Positions 38,205-51,600 of a stretch of DNA of 64,000 bases are shown piece by piece. The stretch lies in contig NC_086108.1 in NCBI RefSeq assembly GCF_963921235.1, positions 18,042,001 through 18,106,000 of the forward strand, given 5' to 3'. The position numbers and the translations under genes were made by a program. Below the pieces are notes generated by a model, which did no database searches, had not been told where the DNA came from, and worked only from the letters and a program-made list of their open reading frames with translations. This DNA is from Mobula hypostoma. Its lineage: Eukaryota. How positions within the stretch are numbered: the first letter of the stretch is position 1; every line of letters begins with the position of its first letter.

Positions 38205-38565
38205 TTAGAATATAGAAGAGTACAGCACAGGAACAGGCCTTTAAGCCCACCATGTCTGCACCAAACTTAATGCCCAATTACTTAAAATCTCTTCTGCCTG
38301 CACAGGATCAATATTCCTCTATTCCCTGCATATCCATGTATCTATCTAAAATTAACTTAACTACCACTTTTATACATTCTTCCACTACCCCACTTCGAAG
38401 CCCATTCCTGGCATGTACCACTATCTGTGTAAAGAGAAAAACTTGCCTCAACCATCTCCTTTAGACTTTTCCCCTGTCACTTAAATGTATGTTTGACATT
38501 TCTACCCTGGGGATAACATTCTGACCATCTCCCTGTCTATGCCTCTCATAATTGCATAAATCTTT
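38205..38565 (-). mobile_element. CR1 3' end
   Basis: TAGAATATAGAAGAGTACAGCACAGGAACAGGCC tail signature. Confidence 0.8.
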
Positions 38566-39529
38566 CAGACTTATCTGTAGAATCATTTATTATCATTATT
38601 AGTCTGTAAAACCATTCTTTGGTTTAATAATTGGTTGTAGGACAAGAAAAATCCTATTGATCTGATTTATGACATAAAATCAGTTACTCTACTGCTGATG
38701 AGCTGATAAAATCATTCACAATGTGAAGAAATCATTCAGTGGTATTGTTTTAGCCCAGTTCATTCAACAAATGGTTTATTCAACAGCAGAATATTTTTTA
38801 CTGGTTTAAATAGATCAATGCAATCATTGGTCATTCTAATTACTAGTTAATGAAGTTATTCATTGGTTTGACCTGATCATTTTTCTGATTATTCTGTAGT
38901 TGAATCATTCATTGATCTGAATAGTAGCTTTGTGCATTGATCAGTTTCATATTTGGAGTATTAATTTTAACATAATTAGAAAACAGTAGAATAAATCTAA
39001 ATATTCACATGTAGTATTTTTCATTGACCCGATTAAACACAACTGTTATTTATCAATAAGTTATTAAACTTTAAAAGTAATTATCAATTTACTACATAGA
39101 ACAATTTAATGTTCTAATTATTGACCAAAAATCGGATTATGTGCACAGGCATTGTCAGTAGGCTCATTAATCAATTGCATAATTGAAAAGTAAAGTAATT
39201 TGCAGATTAGTCATTTTGATTATTAGAGGTAGAATCATTACCCATTCTGATAATTTTCAGTAGAATCATACAACTTTTTTGTTATTGTCAGAATCATTTA
39301 TTGGTCTGAATATTGCTGGTGTAATTGTGAAATAATTGAATTATTGGTTGGGAAAATTCTTCATCACTTTGATTATTGTTCTGTCAGTGCTTGGTCTGAT
39401 TATTCATTTGTTGCCTTATACTTTTAATCCATTCATTCATTGATCTGTTGAATGAACCATCATTCTAATCATTGCTCAGTAGAAATCCGCTTCTACTGAT
39501 TATTTGCTCACATCATTCATGAGCTGGAT

Positions 39530-39762
39530 TAGACTATAAAACATAGGAGCAGAATTTAAGCCATTTAGTCTATTGAGCCTGGTCCGCCATTCTGTCATGG
39601 CTTATCCCAGATCCCACTCAACCCTGTACACCTGCCTTCTCACCATATGCTTTGATGCCCTGCCGATCAGGAAACAATCAACTTCTGCCTTAAGTATGCC
39701 CATGGACTTGGTCTCCACTGCAGTCTATGGCAGAGCATTCCACAGATTCACTACTCAGTGGT
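39530..39762 (-). mobile_element. CR1 3' end
   Basis: Similar to 54720-54960. Confidence 0.8.
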
Positions 39763-40154
39763 AATAGAATTCTGCATTCATTAACTTGTCAATCAATGGA
39801 TTCATTCGTTGATCTGTATATGGTCGGTGTGGTCATTGGTTAGCAGATCCATTCAAAAGTCATTGGAAGTACTCGGCTATCTGAAGGCAAAACTCAGGCA
39901 CCATCTATGGAACTACATAAACAATCGATGTTTTGGGCCGAGACCCTTCAGGACAGCTTCTCAATACTGGTCAATAGAATCACTTGTTCTGATTATTAGT
40001 TGGCAATCATCTGTTAATGAATCAGTAGAAATATTCACCTGTGGAATGATTCATCACTCAGTTTGATTTTTAGTTAGGAACATTATTTTCTCTAAGTATT
40101 GGGCAGCAGAATAAATATTCCTATTATCAATAGAATCATATATTTTATTAGCAC

Positions 40155-42117
40155 AAACTTTATACTTTATTGTCGCCAAACAATTGATACTAGAACGTAC
40201 AATCATGACAGCGACATTTGATCCTACACTTCCTGCTTCCTGGATTACAAATATTAAATATTAAAAATATTAAAATAGTAAAAATTAGTAAATATTAAAA
40301 ATTTAAATTATAAATAATAAATAGAAAATAGAAAAATGGAAAGTAAGGTAGTGCAAAAAAACCAAGAGGCAGGTCTGGATATTTGGAGGGTATGGCCCAG
40401 ATCCGGGTCAGGATCCATTCAGCAGTCTTATCACAGTTGGAAAGAAGCTATTCCCAAATCTGGATGTACGAGTCTTCAAGCTCTTGAGCCTTCTCCCGTA
40501 GGGAAGAGGGACGAAAATTGTGTTGGCTGGGTGGGTCGTGTCCTTGATTATCCTGGCAGCACTGCTCCGACAGCATGTGGTGTAAAGTGAGTCCAAGGAC
40601 AGAAGATTGGTTTGTGTGATGAGCTGTGCCGTGTTCATGATCTTCTGCAGCTTCTTTCGGTCTTGGACAGGACAACTTCCATACCAGGTTGTGACGCACC
40701 CTAGAAGAATGCTTTCTACGGTGCATCTATAAAAAATAGTGAGGGTTTTAGGGGACAGGCCAAATTTCTTTAGTTTTCTCATGAAGTAAAGGGGCTGGTG
40801 GGCCTTCTTGGCAGTGAACTCTGCTTGGTTGGACCAAGTCAGGTCATTTGTGATATTGACCCCGAGGAACTTAAATCTTTTGACCTGTTCCACTAGCGCA
40901 CCACCGATGTAAATTGGGTTGGGCGGTCCGCTACTCCTTCTGAAGTCAACAACCAATTCCTTCGTCTTGCTGATGTTGAAGGATGGGTTATTGTCTTCGC
41001 ACCATGCCATCAGGTTCTTAACTTCTTCTCTGTACTCATACTCATCATTACCCGAGATATGGCCTACAATTGTTGTGTCATCAGCAAACTTATATATTGA
41101 GTTTGATGGAAACTTGGCTGCATAATCATGGGTGTACAGTGAGTACAGCAGAGGGCTGAGTACACAGCCTTGTGGGGCACCGGTGCTCAGAGTGATTGTA
41201 GAGGAGAGCTTGTCCCCTATTTTTACAGCCTGGGTCCTGTCTGTGAGGAAGTTGAAGATCCAGCTGCAGATCTGAGTGCTAAGGCCCAGGTTCCGGAGCT
41301 TAGGAATCAGTTTATTTGGAATGATGGTATTAAAGGCAGAGCTGTAGTCAATAAAAAGGAGCCTTACGTATGCGTCTTTATTCTCCAGGTGTTCTAAGGA
41401 GGAATGTAGGGCCAGAGAGATGGCATCTGCCATTGACCTGTTGCTCCGGTAGGTGAATTGCAAAGCGTCGAGGTTGACCGTTAGGCTGTGGTTGATGTGT
41501 GCCATAACCAATCTCTCGAAGCACTTCATAGCAATTAATGTCAGAGCCACAGTCATTCAGGCATGCCACCTTGCTCTTTTTCTGCACTGGGATTATCGTT
41601 GCCTTCTTAAAACATGAGGAGATCTTAGACCGAAGCAAGGAGCAGATGAAGATGTCAGCAAACACTCCAGCTAGCTTGCTTGCACAGGCCCAGAGAACCC
41701 GTCCTGGGACGCCATCTGGGCCAGTTGCCTTCCTTGGATTTATCTTCAGGAAGGCCCTTCTAACATCCTCCTCGGTGATGATGAATCTCGATGCCACCAG
41801 GTCCGGTTCATCTGGAGGGAGTGGGACGCTCCTCTTCTGTTCGAATTTTGCGTAGAATACGTTAAGTTTGTCAGGAAAAGAAGCGCCACAGTTATTGATA
41901 TTCCTAGCCTTTGCACCCAGTGATCTCATTTAGACCCTGCCATAGTCTACTGGCATCCCTCTGGTTCGATATTGCCTCTTGGCACCCTTAATGGCTTTCC
42001 GGAGTTCACGCCTGGATTCCGTGTAGCGACTGGTATCCCCGGACCTAAAAGCCGCAGTTCTAGCCTTTAAAAGGGACTTGACCTCATAATTCATCCAAGG
42101 TTTTCGGTTAGGGAATA
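40155..42117 (-). mobile_element. Rex1/Babar LINE, 5'-truncated
   Basis: [36 protein letters not shown]; (ATAAAGT)n tail near 40157-40172. Confidence 0.9.
40408..41556 (-). CDS. Rex1/Babar reverse transcriptase (uninterrupted 382-codon segment)
   Basis: [52 protein letters not shown]. Confidence 0.9.
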   Translation of the reverse strand: MTVALTLIAMKCFERLVMAHINHSLTVNLDALQFTYRSNRSMADAISLALHSSLEHLENKDAYVRLLFIDYSSAFNTIIPNKLIPKLRNLGLSTQICSWIFNFLTDRTQAVKIGDKLSSTITLSTGAPQGCVLSPLLYSLYTHDYAAKFPSNSIYKFADDTTIVGHISGNDEYEYREEVKNLMAWCEDNNPSFNISKTKELVVDFRRSSGPPNPIYIGGALVEQVKRFKFLGVNITNDLTWSNQAEFTAKKAHQPLYFMRKLKKFGLSPKTLTIFYRCTVESILLGCVTTWYGSCPVQDRKKLQKIMNTAQLITQTNLLSLDSLYTTCCRSSAARIIKDTTHPANTIFVPLPYGRRLKSLKTRTSRFGNSFFPTVIRLLNGS

Positions 42118-42342
42118 CAACAAGAGAAAATCTGCAGATGCTGGAAATCCAAGCAATGCACACCAAATTCTGGAGGAACTCAGCAGGCCAGCATCGATGG
42201 AAAAGAGTAAACAATCATTATTTTAGCCTGAGACTCTTCACCAGTCCTGATGAAGGGTCTTGGCTAAATGGTCAACTGTTTACCCTTTTCCATAGATACT
42301 GTCTGGACTGCTCAGTTCCTCCAGCATTTGGTGTGTGTTGCA
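42118..42342. mobile_element. Fold-back Penelope-terminus element
   Basis: GCACACCAAATTCTGGAGGAACTCAGCAG mirrors CTGCTCAGTTCCTCCAGCATTTGGTGTG; central GTCCTGATGAAGGGTC hammerhead remnant. Confidence 0.8.
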
Positions 42343-43181
42343 TTTATTTTATTGTTGCCTTGGTAGTATTATTAATATGTCTGAGTATTGACTCGCTGAC
42401 CTGTTTAAAGACTAATGAAATTGATTTATTTGACTATTGACTGGATTATTGTCAGCAGGATAATGCACCAAACTGATTATATATTAGCTTTAATGGTGAA
42501 AGGATCCATTTATTGTCAGATCATTGAAAAAAAATCATTCATTGATCTAATTTCTGAATGATTGAACCATTCACTGACCTGATTATAGTCAACTGAATCA
42601 TTCACCTGACTAATGCTGGTTGACTTGTGTATTAGTATGATTTTTGGTCAATATAATAATTTTTTTCTAACTATAAGTCTGTTGTTTTATTCATAGAGCT
42701 GAACAATTGCAGTAGTTGTTAATAGTTGTGTTCATTGATCAATAGAATCAACATATTGAGTATTGTTTAGGAGCAACCTGCATCAATCTCATTATTTTCA
42801 TTCAAATTGCAAGGGTCATTTGGTGTGATTATTGGTCATTGGAATCTCTTTCACCCAGTTAATGCTTAAATAGAGCCATTTGAAGGCTGGGTTTTCAGAC
42901 AGTGAAGTAATTTTAGTCTGAAGATACTTGTCCATATGATTGCTGCCCTGGGGAAGTGTATCTTGAAATATTTACTTGTGAGTAGAATTGTTCACCAGTC
43001 TGATTATTGGTCAGTAGAGGAAGTCTTAATCTGGACTTTGACATGCAGAATCATTCAATGATCAGATAATTGTCAGTAGAATCATCCATTAACTTTTTTT
43101 ATTAGTCAGCATGAGAATTCAGTTGATTTTGATTATTTATTGATATGATTGTTTGTCAGATTATTGATTAGCCTGGTATTT

Positions 43182-43710
43182 TTAAATATGGGCTTCACAG
43201 GCAGAGCCAATGTTTAATTGCCCATGCCTTAGTTGCCCTTGAGAAGGTGGTGGTGAACAACTGCAGCCCTTGAAGTTAGGGTTACCCTCAATACTATGAG
43301 GAAGAGATTTCCAGGATCTTAACCCAGTGATGGTGAAGGAAGAATGATACTTTATACAGTAAAGATGGTGCATGGCTTGGAGGCAACTTCAAAGTGATGG
43401 TGTCTACATGTCCTTGTCCTTCTAGATGATGAACATCATGGGTTTGGAAGATGCTGTCTAAGGATTCTTTGTGATCTGGTGCAGTGTGTCCTACAGGTGG
43501 TAGAAACTGCTCTTTATGTTGGTGATGGGAGTGAGTGAATGGTTATGGATAGGGTGCTTATCGAGCAGGCTGATATGTCCTGTATGATGTCAATCTTCTT
43601 TAATGTAGTTGAACCTACACTCATCCAAGTAAGTAGGGAGTAGTCCGTCAGAGTTGTGACCTGAGTCTTGTAGAAGACGGACAAGCTTTTGAGAGTTACT
43701 CCCCACAGTA
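43182..43710 (-). mobile_element. 3' end of an older CR1/L2-group LINE
   Basis: Same family as 7040-7430. Confidence 0.6.
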
Positions 43711-44349
43711 TACTTATTGACAGTGGAATCATTCTTTGATCTGATTTTTTTTGTCAATGTATTTAATAAATTTGTTCAGTGATCTTGTTGCTGTCAATGG
43801 AATCTTTGAATGGTCTCATTATTGGTCAGAAGAAATATTCTTCAGTTAACAATTGGTTAGTGACCTATTCTGATAATTCATGTGGAGTACGATTCACTTT
43901 TTGCAATAATTCAGCAGAATCATCCATTGATCTTTGTTTTGACTTGTACCAGATTGAATATTTTCATCATTTAAGAGTCTGGTTATTGTCCAGCGGATCT
44001 TTTGTTGTGTTTAACTACCAATCAGTGGTATAATTCATGTGTGGAGGAACCATTCATTGATTGAACTATTGCCAATAGAATCGTTCATTAATCTTTTTAT
44101 AACCTTAAACTATTAATCAGTTCAGTTACAGTTGGCAGATTTTAAGCCATCCTTCATAAAATAGCCAGAAAATAGTTCATCAGCCTGATTTTTTTTTTTT
44201 TTTTTGGTCAATTTATGTGAATATTGCTCAGCAGATTAGTTCACAAACCTGACTGGTGTTCTGTAGAAGCAAAGGGAACACAGGTAAATTGAAAGCTGTA
44301 TTGCTGAGGCTGGCTATACATAACATGGGGAGACCTTGCTCTGTATGCT

Positions 44350-46480
44350 TGCAGCCCAGATAACAAAGGAGGATGGTAGACAGTGGGGTTCCTAGAGGGC
44401 AATTGCTCTTTTTGATACCTTCATATAAAATTATCTTCATGTCAGAATATCAGGTAAAAATTCAATACTTGCTATGGACACCAGACTTGGAAGTATGGAA
44501 ATCTGAGGTTATTATCAACCATCTGCAATAAATCACTGATTAGCTGGACAGACAGCAGGCAGGTAGTATTTGATATTGAGAAGTATAACGTGATGTCATT
44601 TTTGGAAGAAGGAATGGGAAGAGCTATACAGAATTAATGGCACAGATCTAAAGTGTGATAGGACAGTAGAGTTGTGGCTCTCATCTATATATGTACTTCT
44701 TTGAAGCAGGCAAAATGCATTGTACCAAATCCCACATGAATCTGTTTCATGTTGAATAAAAGCATTCATGAGACGGTGGAATCATTTGCCATTCCAAACA
44801 TTTGACAATAAAATCAACTACAGATTGATTTATTGTCAATAGATTAATTAATTAGACTGATTATTAGTTATATTATTCTTGGAGTAGAGAAATCATACTG
44901 TTCTAAACCTCCCAACTAGGGAAATGTCCCCCACTACCCCATGCAGTCTGTGTAATCCTATTAGAACTTAGTACATTCAAAGAGATCCTTTCTCTCCCTG
45001 GCTCTTCCAAATTGTATTAAATACAGCCCTAGCACTTCAATCTTCCCCCCTCCACCAGCACCCATATGATGTTTCAAGAAACTGTCCGATAAACCTTGCA
45101 CTTCTCAAAATAAGTGTGATCAATACTCCAGAGCAGTCTCACCAAAGCTCTTTTTAATTACCGTCAGCTATCTTTACTGAAAATGTCTTGCAGTGGGGAC
45201 AGCATACATTTGCTGCATTTGCATGCTTGCTTTTAGTGACCAAGGACACATAGTTCCCTTTGTTCATCAACACTTCCCATTCTCTCTCAATTTAAATAAC
45301 TCTCTGCCATCCTGCTTTACCCAGCAATGCAATAACTGTTGTTCCATATGATCACACATATAATTCAGTAAATTTAAAATATCTTGAGTCCTCTTTGTAT
45401 CTGATCCACATCTTGTTATAACCATCCAGTTTCATACCATCAGCAAACTTAAAAATACACGTTCAGAGTATAGAAAGAGGCCGTTTGGCTCAGCTTGTCC
45501 ACTCTAAATGAATACGCTTCTAAGCTAGGCCCATTGCCTGTATTGGATTGGCTATATCCTTCTTAAACCATTCTTACTGGCTTTTAAAACCTATTATTGT
45601 AACTGGCTTAGTTTTTCCTTCTAGCAGCTCATTCCATACAACAGACCACCCTCTTTAAATAAAGAATGTTGCCACTCCAGTTCCTATTAATTCCTTCCCC
45701 TCTGCCTTAAATGTATGCCCTCTAGTTCTTGATACCTCAAACCTAGAAAAGATTGTGTGCTTTCTCTCTGTCTATGGCCCTCATGATTTTATACACCTCT
45801 ACAACTTCACCTCTCATTCTCTGCACCAAGGAAAAAGTCCTAGTCTGTCCAACCTCTCTGTCTAACTCAGTCCCACATGTTCTGGCAACATTCTTGAAAA
45901 TCTTTTATGTATTTTTACCAGTTTAGTAACATCTCTCCCTTTTAGCAGGGTGACCAAAATGAACACATTACTCCCAAGTCTAGGCTCACTAGTATCCTAT
46001 ACAACTGCAGCATAACCTCACAGTCTCTGTACTGAGTGCCTTGACTGACAAAGGCAGAGTACCAAAATCTATCTTAATCACCGTGTCTATCTGTGACCCT
46101 ATTTTTGGGGGACTATGTACTTGAACTCCAAGAGACCCCAATTGCATATCCAAAATCTCATCCATAATCTTGATATGTTTTGTGAACAGTTGTAGCTCAA
46201 GCACTGATTCCTATGGTATCTCACTAATCACCCCAAAAAAACATATTTATTCCTCTTCTGTGTATTCCCCTGCGCTCAAAAGAGAATAGAGAAAGCTTTA
46301 CCTGTCTGACTTGTGCCCAGAACCATCTGAGTGAGAGTACACTCTCTAGGATCTTCCTGTTCTAAATCTAGGAGACCAGAATAGGATGCAATATTCTGGT
46401 TGTGATCTAATTAGTGTTACATGAGTTCAACAAAATAGCCCTGCTTTTGTACCCTGTGCCTTTGTTGGTGAATCACAGAA
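44350..46480. mobile_element. Cluster of old CR1 fragments (plus strand 44350-44790; minus strand 44890-46480)
   Basis: CCATCAGCAAACTT (KFADG), TACACCTCTA..ACTTCACCTCTCATTCT and CR1 tail signatures; heavily decayed. Confidence 0.7.
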
Positions 46481-46769
46481 TTTTATTTTCAAATATTTTT
46501 TATTATTATTATCAATCCAAAATGAACAAGAGTACATTGAAGTAAACATCAATTACAATGCCTCAAAGAGAAGAGAAAAAAAAAAGACATTCATATTAAA
46601 AGATTGAAAACTTTTTGGTGACAAAAAGGAAAAAACCTTACTGAAGGAAAAAAAAGGAAAAAAAAAAAGAATTTCATATGTTATTAACCACTCTCTCACC
46701 ATGCTCTGTCACTCTGGTAAGTCACTGGATATATAGATATGGGTTCTACTGTTCCTGCAAGCTGCTTGT

Positions 46770-47030
46770 TTTTTTTATTATTGAGATACAGTGCAGAATA
46801 GGCCCTTCAAGCCATGCCGTCCAGCATTCCCCTGATTTAATCTGCCTAATCACGGGACAATTTACAATAACTTACCAACTGGTACATTTTTGGATTGCGG
46901 GAGGAAACCAGAGCACCCAGAGGAAAGCCATGCTGTCATAGGGAGAAAGTACAGACTCCTTACAGGCAGCAGAAGCAATTGAACCCAATTCACCTGTATT
47001 GTCACCACTATGCTACCATGTCATCCCACA
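46770..47030 (-). mobile_element. V-domain tRNA SINE (HE1-like)
   Basis: GGGAGGAAACCAGAGCACCCAGAGGAAAGCCA (reverse-complement V core) and ATTGAACCC (reverse-complement B box). Confidence 0.75.
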
Positions 47031-47301
47031 CTATTGCTTGATATTGCACTATTTAGGTTGTGCTTGCTCTTATTCTTTCTGCCATAATCCTTGCATTATT
47101 CAGCATCGGCTGCTTGTCTACACACTAGTTAGCCATCAACGCTTTGAGACATCAAGAGTTCATTTCATATGCCAATGATAAATTCTCAATCTCTGTCTAC
47201 GTCATAATGACCATTAAACTTTATTTTTTTGCGCCTGGACTGCACTTTCTCTGCAACTAGAACACTACTTTCTGCATCCTAATTTTTGTATGCCTAAGCT
47301 G

Positions 47302-47906
47302 AGGTTTATTGGTTGTCAAGCTGAGGAGTGGTAGTGGGAACAAGCTCCCACTACCTAAAAGTGCTCCTCACAGCATGCACCTCAAATAGCCTCTGACAAC
47401 CAAGTCCAACTCCTGGCCTTCTCATGTGGCTTAGCCTCTAAACCCGGCGGAACTGTTTCTACTGACAGGAGAAGGGGTGAAGGCGGGTCCTGGCACCTTA
47501 AAACCAGTGCTTCAGGTAGATGGAGCTCGTCAGCCTAGGAAGGCAGTCCATCTAAGAGAGGGAAAACTCTGATTCCAAAACTTTGCTGCCTTGCGGCCAC
47601 ACCCACTCTTGAGAAAGGCTTCGGGAGTAAACCCTGAGGACAAATTCGGATCGGGAGTCCCGAAGGCAGTCTGACGTTGCCTTCAACCTTGTTCTGGCAA
47701 CTTCTGCGACGACACTGGTGCCAAGCTGTATCAGCCTTTGCCCTTCCCTTGGACAACATCGATGTCATGGAGAGGGGAAACTTACAGCATGGAAAACTGC
47801 CAGTCTTCCATACAACCTTGCCCAGGCCTGTGCCCTGGAAAGGACACTCCAGTGGACTTCCCAGGCGCAGATCCATGGTCTCGCGAGACTAACGGATGCC
47901 ACCACC
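47302..47906 (+). mobile_element. Second non-coding RTE-like element with a 5' HDV-like fold
   Basis: 5' nested hairpins and HDV-type pairings at 47303-47471; RTE-like 3' end ATCCATGGTCTCGCGAGACTAACGGATGCC. No clean TSD. Confidence 0.6.
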
Positions 47907-48684
47907 GTTTGTGTATGGGAAGATCTGTCTGGATGGCATGCAAACAAACCTTTTCATGATATCTTAATATAAGTCAATAAAAAACCAATGATTAATTTTC
48001 CTTCAGTATGTTTCTGTCCTCGCTGTTGATCACTTTCTGTGAAGTTAGAAAGTTAGTGAAGTTTGAAGGTTAGAAATCTTACCCTGTGTGAACCTGACTA
48101 TTGTTTTAAGAAAAAACACAACTCTTCCTGGGGTATGTTGTTGTCTCCATCCCCTGAATCAAAACGTCCATTGTTCTCTATTTTCTACACTTGAACCAAT
48201 TTCCTGTCAATATTGCTTTTAACTGTTTAATTCTGTGGTCTTTGATTTTCCTAGCTAGTCTTTAGTATGGGCTTTACCCAAGACTGTCTGAAAATGCACA
48301 TGCAAGTTTGCATCCTTCTATTCAAGAACCCTCATCAAAAATTTTACCAGGTTATTCAAGCACAATTTTCTTTTTATGAATCTATCCTGGTTTTCTTTCA
48401 TTAACCAAAACTTCTGCTTTTTGCTACTTAATTTTTACTTGGTTATTGCTTCCAATACTTGGTCGATTCAAGTCATTCTTTGAACATGTTGATTGTCTAT
48501 TGTAGTGATCGCCAACTGGTCGATCTTTAAGACTTTCCCAGTAGATCCCCAAAAAAATGATAAATAGACAAATACTGTTGTAATGTGAGCATTATAAAAA
48601 TAAGTAATACTAATTAGGATAATGGTAATACAGCAATACTCCCGCTACTGAAAGCTGTTTGTAAAGAGAGATTGTTTCCGGGTT

Positions 48685-51600
48685 AACCATATAACAATTA
48701 CAACATGGAAACAGGCCATCTCTGCCCCTCTAGTCCGTGCCGAACACTTACCCTCACCTAGTCCCACTGACCTACCTCAGCCTATAACCCTCCATTCCCT
48801 TCCTGTCCATATAGCTATCAAATTTTACTTTAAATGACAATATTGAACCTGCCTCTAACACTTCTGCTGGAAGCTCATTCCACACAGCTACCACTCTCTG
48901 AGTAAAGACATTCCCCCTCATGTTACCCCTAAATATTTGCCCCCTAACTCTCAACTCATATCCTCTTGTTTGAATCTCCTCTACTCTCAATGGAAAAAGC
49001 TTATCCACATCAACTCTATCTATCCCCCTTATAATTTTAAATACCTCTATCAAGTGCCCCCTCAACCTTCTATGGTCCAAAGAATAAAGACCCAACTTGT
49101 TCAACCTTTCTCTGTAACTTAGGTGCTGAAATCCAGGTAACATTCTAGTAAATCTTCTCTGTACTCTCTCTATTTTGTTGACATCTTTCCTATAATTCGG
49201 TGACCAGAACTGTACACAATACTCCAAATTTGGCCTTATCAATGCCTTGTACAATTTCAACATTACATCTCAACTCCTATACTCAATGCTCTGATTTATA
49301 AAGGCCAGCATACCAAAAGCTTTCTTCACCACCCCATCCATATGAGATTCCACCTTCAGGGAACTAGGCACCATTATTCCTAGATCCCTCTGTTCTACAG
49401 CATTCTTCAATGTCATACCATTTACCATGTATGTCCTATTTTGATTAGTCCTACCAAAATGTAGCACCTCACATTTTTCAGCATTAAACTCCATCTGCCA
49501 TCTTTCAGCCCACTCTTCTAACTGGCCTAAATCTCTCTGCAAGCTTTGAAAACCTACTTCATTATCCACAACGCCACCTATCTTAGTATCATCTGCATAC
49601 TTACTAATCCAATTTACCACCCCATCATCCAGATTATTAATGTATATGACAAACAACATTGGACCCAGTACAGATCCCTGAGGCACACCACTAGTCACTG
49701 GCCTCCAACCTGCCACACAGTTATCCATCACTACTCTCTGGTGTCTCCCATCCAGCCACTGCTGAATCCATTTTACTACTTCAATATTAATACCTAATGA
49801 TTGAACCTTCCTAAGTAATCTTCCGTGTGGAACCTTGTCAAAGGCCTTACTGTAAGTCCATATAGACAACATCCACTGCTTTACCCTCATCAACTTTCCT
49901 AGCAACCTCTTCAAAAAATTCAATAAGATTTGTCAAACATGACCTTCCATGCACAAATCCATGTTGACTGTTTCTAATCAGACCCTGTCTATCCAGATAA
50001 TTATATATACCATCTCTAAGAATACTTTCCTTCAATTTACCCACCACTGATGTCAAACTCACAGGCCGATAATTGCTTGGTTTACTCTTAGAACCCTTTT
50101 TATACAATGGAACAACATGAGTAATACGCCAATCTTCCGGCACCATCCCCGTTTCTAATGACATATGAAATATTTCTGTCAGAGCCCCTACTATTTCCAC
50201 ACTAACTTTTCTCAAGGTCCTAGGGAATATCCTGTCAGGACCTGGAGACTTATCCACTTTTATATTCCTTAAAAGCGCCAGTACTTCCTGTTCTTTAATC
50301 ATCATAGTTTCCCTAACTTCCCTACCTGTTTCCCTTACCTTACACAATTCAATATCCTTCTCCTTAGTGAATACCGAAGGAAAGAAATTGTTCAAAATCT
50401 CCCCCATCTCTTTTGGTTCCACACATAGCTGTCCATTCTGATTCTCTAAGGGACCAATTTTATCCCTCACTATCCTTTTGCTATTAATATAACTGTAGTA
50501 ACTTTGGATTTATTTTCACCTTACTTGCCAAAGCAAACTCATATCTTTTAGCTTTTCTAATTTCTTTAAGATTCTTTTTACATTCTTTATATTCTTCGAG
50601 AATCTCATTTACTCCATGCTGCTTATATTCCTCGAGCACCTCATTTACTCCATGCTGCCTATATTTATTGAAGATCCCTCTCTTTTTCTGAATCAAGTTT
50701 CCAATATCCCTTGAAAACAATGGCTCTTTCAAACTTTTAACCTTTCCTTTCAACCTAACAGGAACATAAAGATTCTGTACCCTCAAAATTTCACCTTTAA
50801 ATGACCTCCATTTCTCTATTACATCCTTCCCATAAAACAAATTGTCCCAATCCACTCCTTCTAAATCCTTTTGCATATTCTCAAAGTTAGCCTTTCTCCA
50901 ATCAAAAATCTCATCCCTGGGTCCAGACCTATCCTTCTCCATAATTATATTGAAACTAATGGCATTGTGATCACTGGACCCGAAGTGCTCCCCAACACTA
51001 TCTCATTCCCTAACAGGAGATTTAACACTGTCCCTTCTCTCGTTGGTACCTCTATGTATTGCTGCAAAAAACTATCCTGCACACATTTTACAAACTCCAA
51101 ACCATCCAGCCCTTTTACAGAATGGGCTTCCCAGTCTATGTGTGGAAAATTAAAATCTCCCACAATCACAACCTTGTGCTTACTACAAATATCTGCTATT
51201 TCCTTACAAATTTGCTCCTCTGGTTCTCAGTCCCCATTAGGTGGTCTATTATACACCCCTATAAGCATCACTACACCTTTCCTATTCCTCAATTCCACCC
51301 AAATAGCCTTCCTAGACGAGCCCCCTAATCTATCCTGCCAGAGCACCACTGTAATATTTTCTCCGACAAGCAATGCAACCCCCCCCCCCCGCCTTGTCCC
51401 TCTGATTCTATCATACCTGAAGCAACGAAATCCAGGATATTTAGTTGCCAATCACACCCGTCCTGCAACCATGTTTCACTAATAACTACCACAACATACT
51501 TCCAGGTATCAATCCATGCTCTAAGCTCATCCATCTTTCTTACAATGCTCCTAGCATTAAAATAAATGTATTTAAGAAATTTTCCACCTCCTTAATCTGT

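Noticed and set aside
40408..41556. Host gene or active retrotransposon
   Set aside because: The RT segment is open, but upstream frames are broken and the endonuclease region is missing.
46485..46668. A-rich insert with a possible TSD (AGAATTTTAT/AGAATTTCAT), perhaps an L1 3' end
   Set aside because: Low complexity and no coding evidence; the family cannot be supported.
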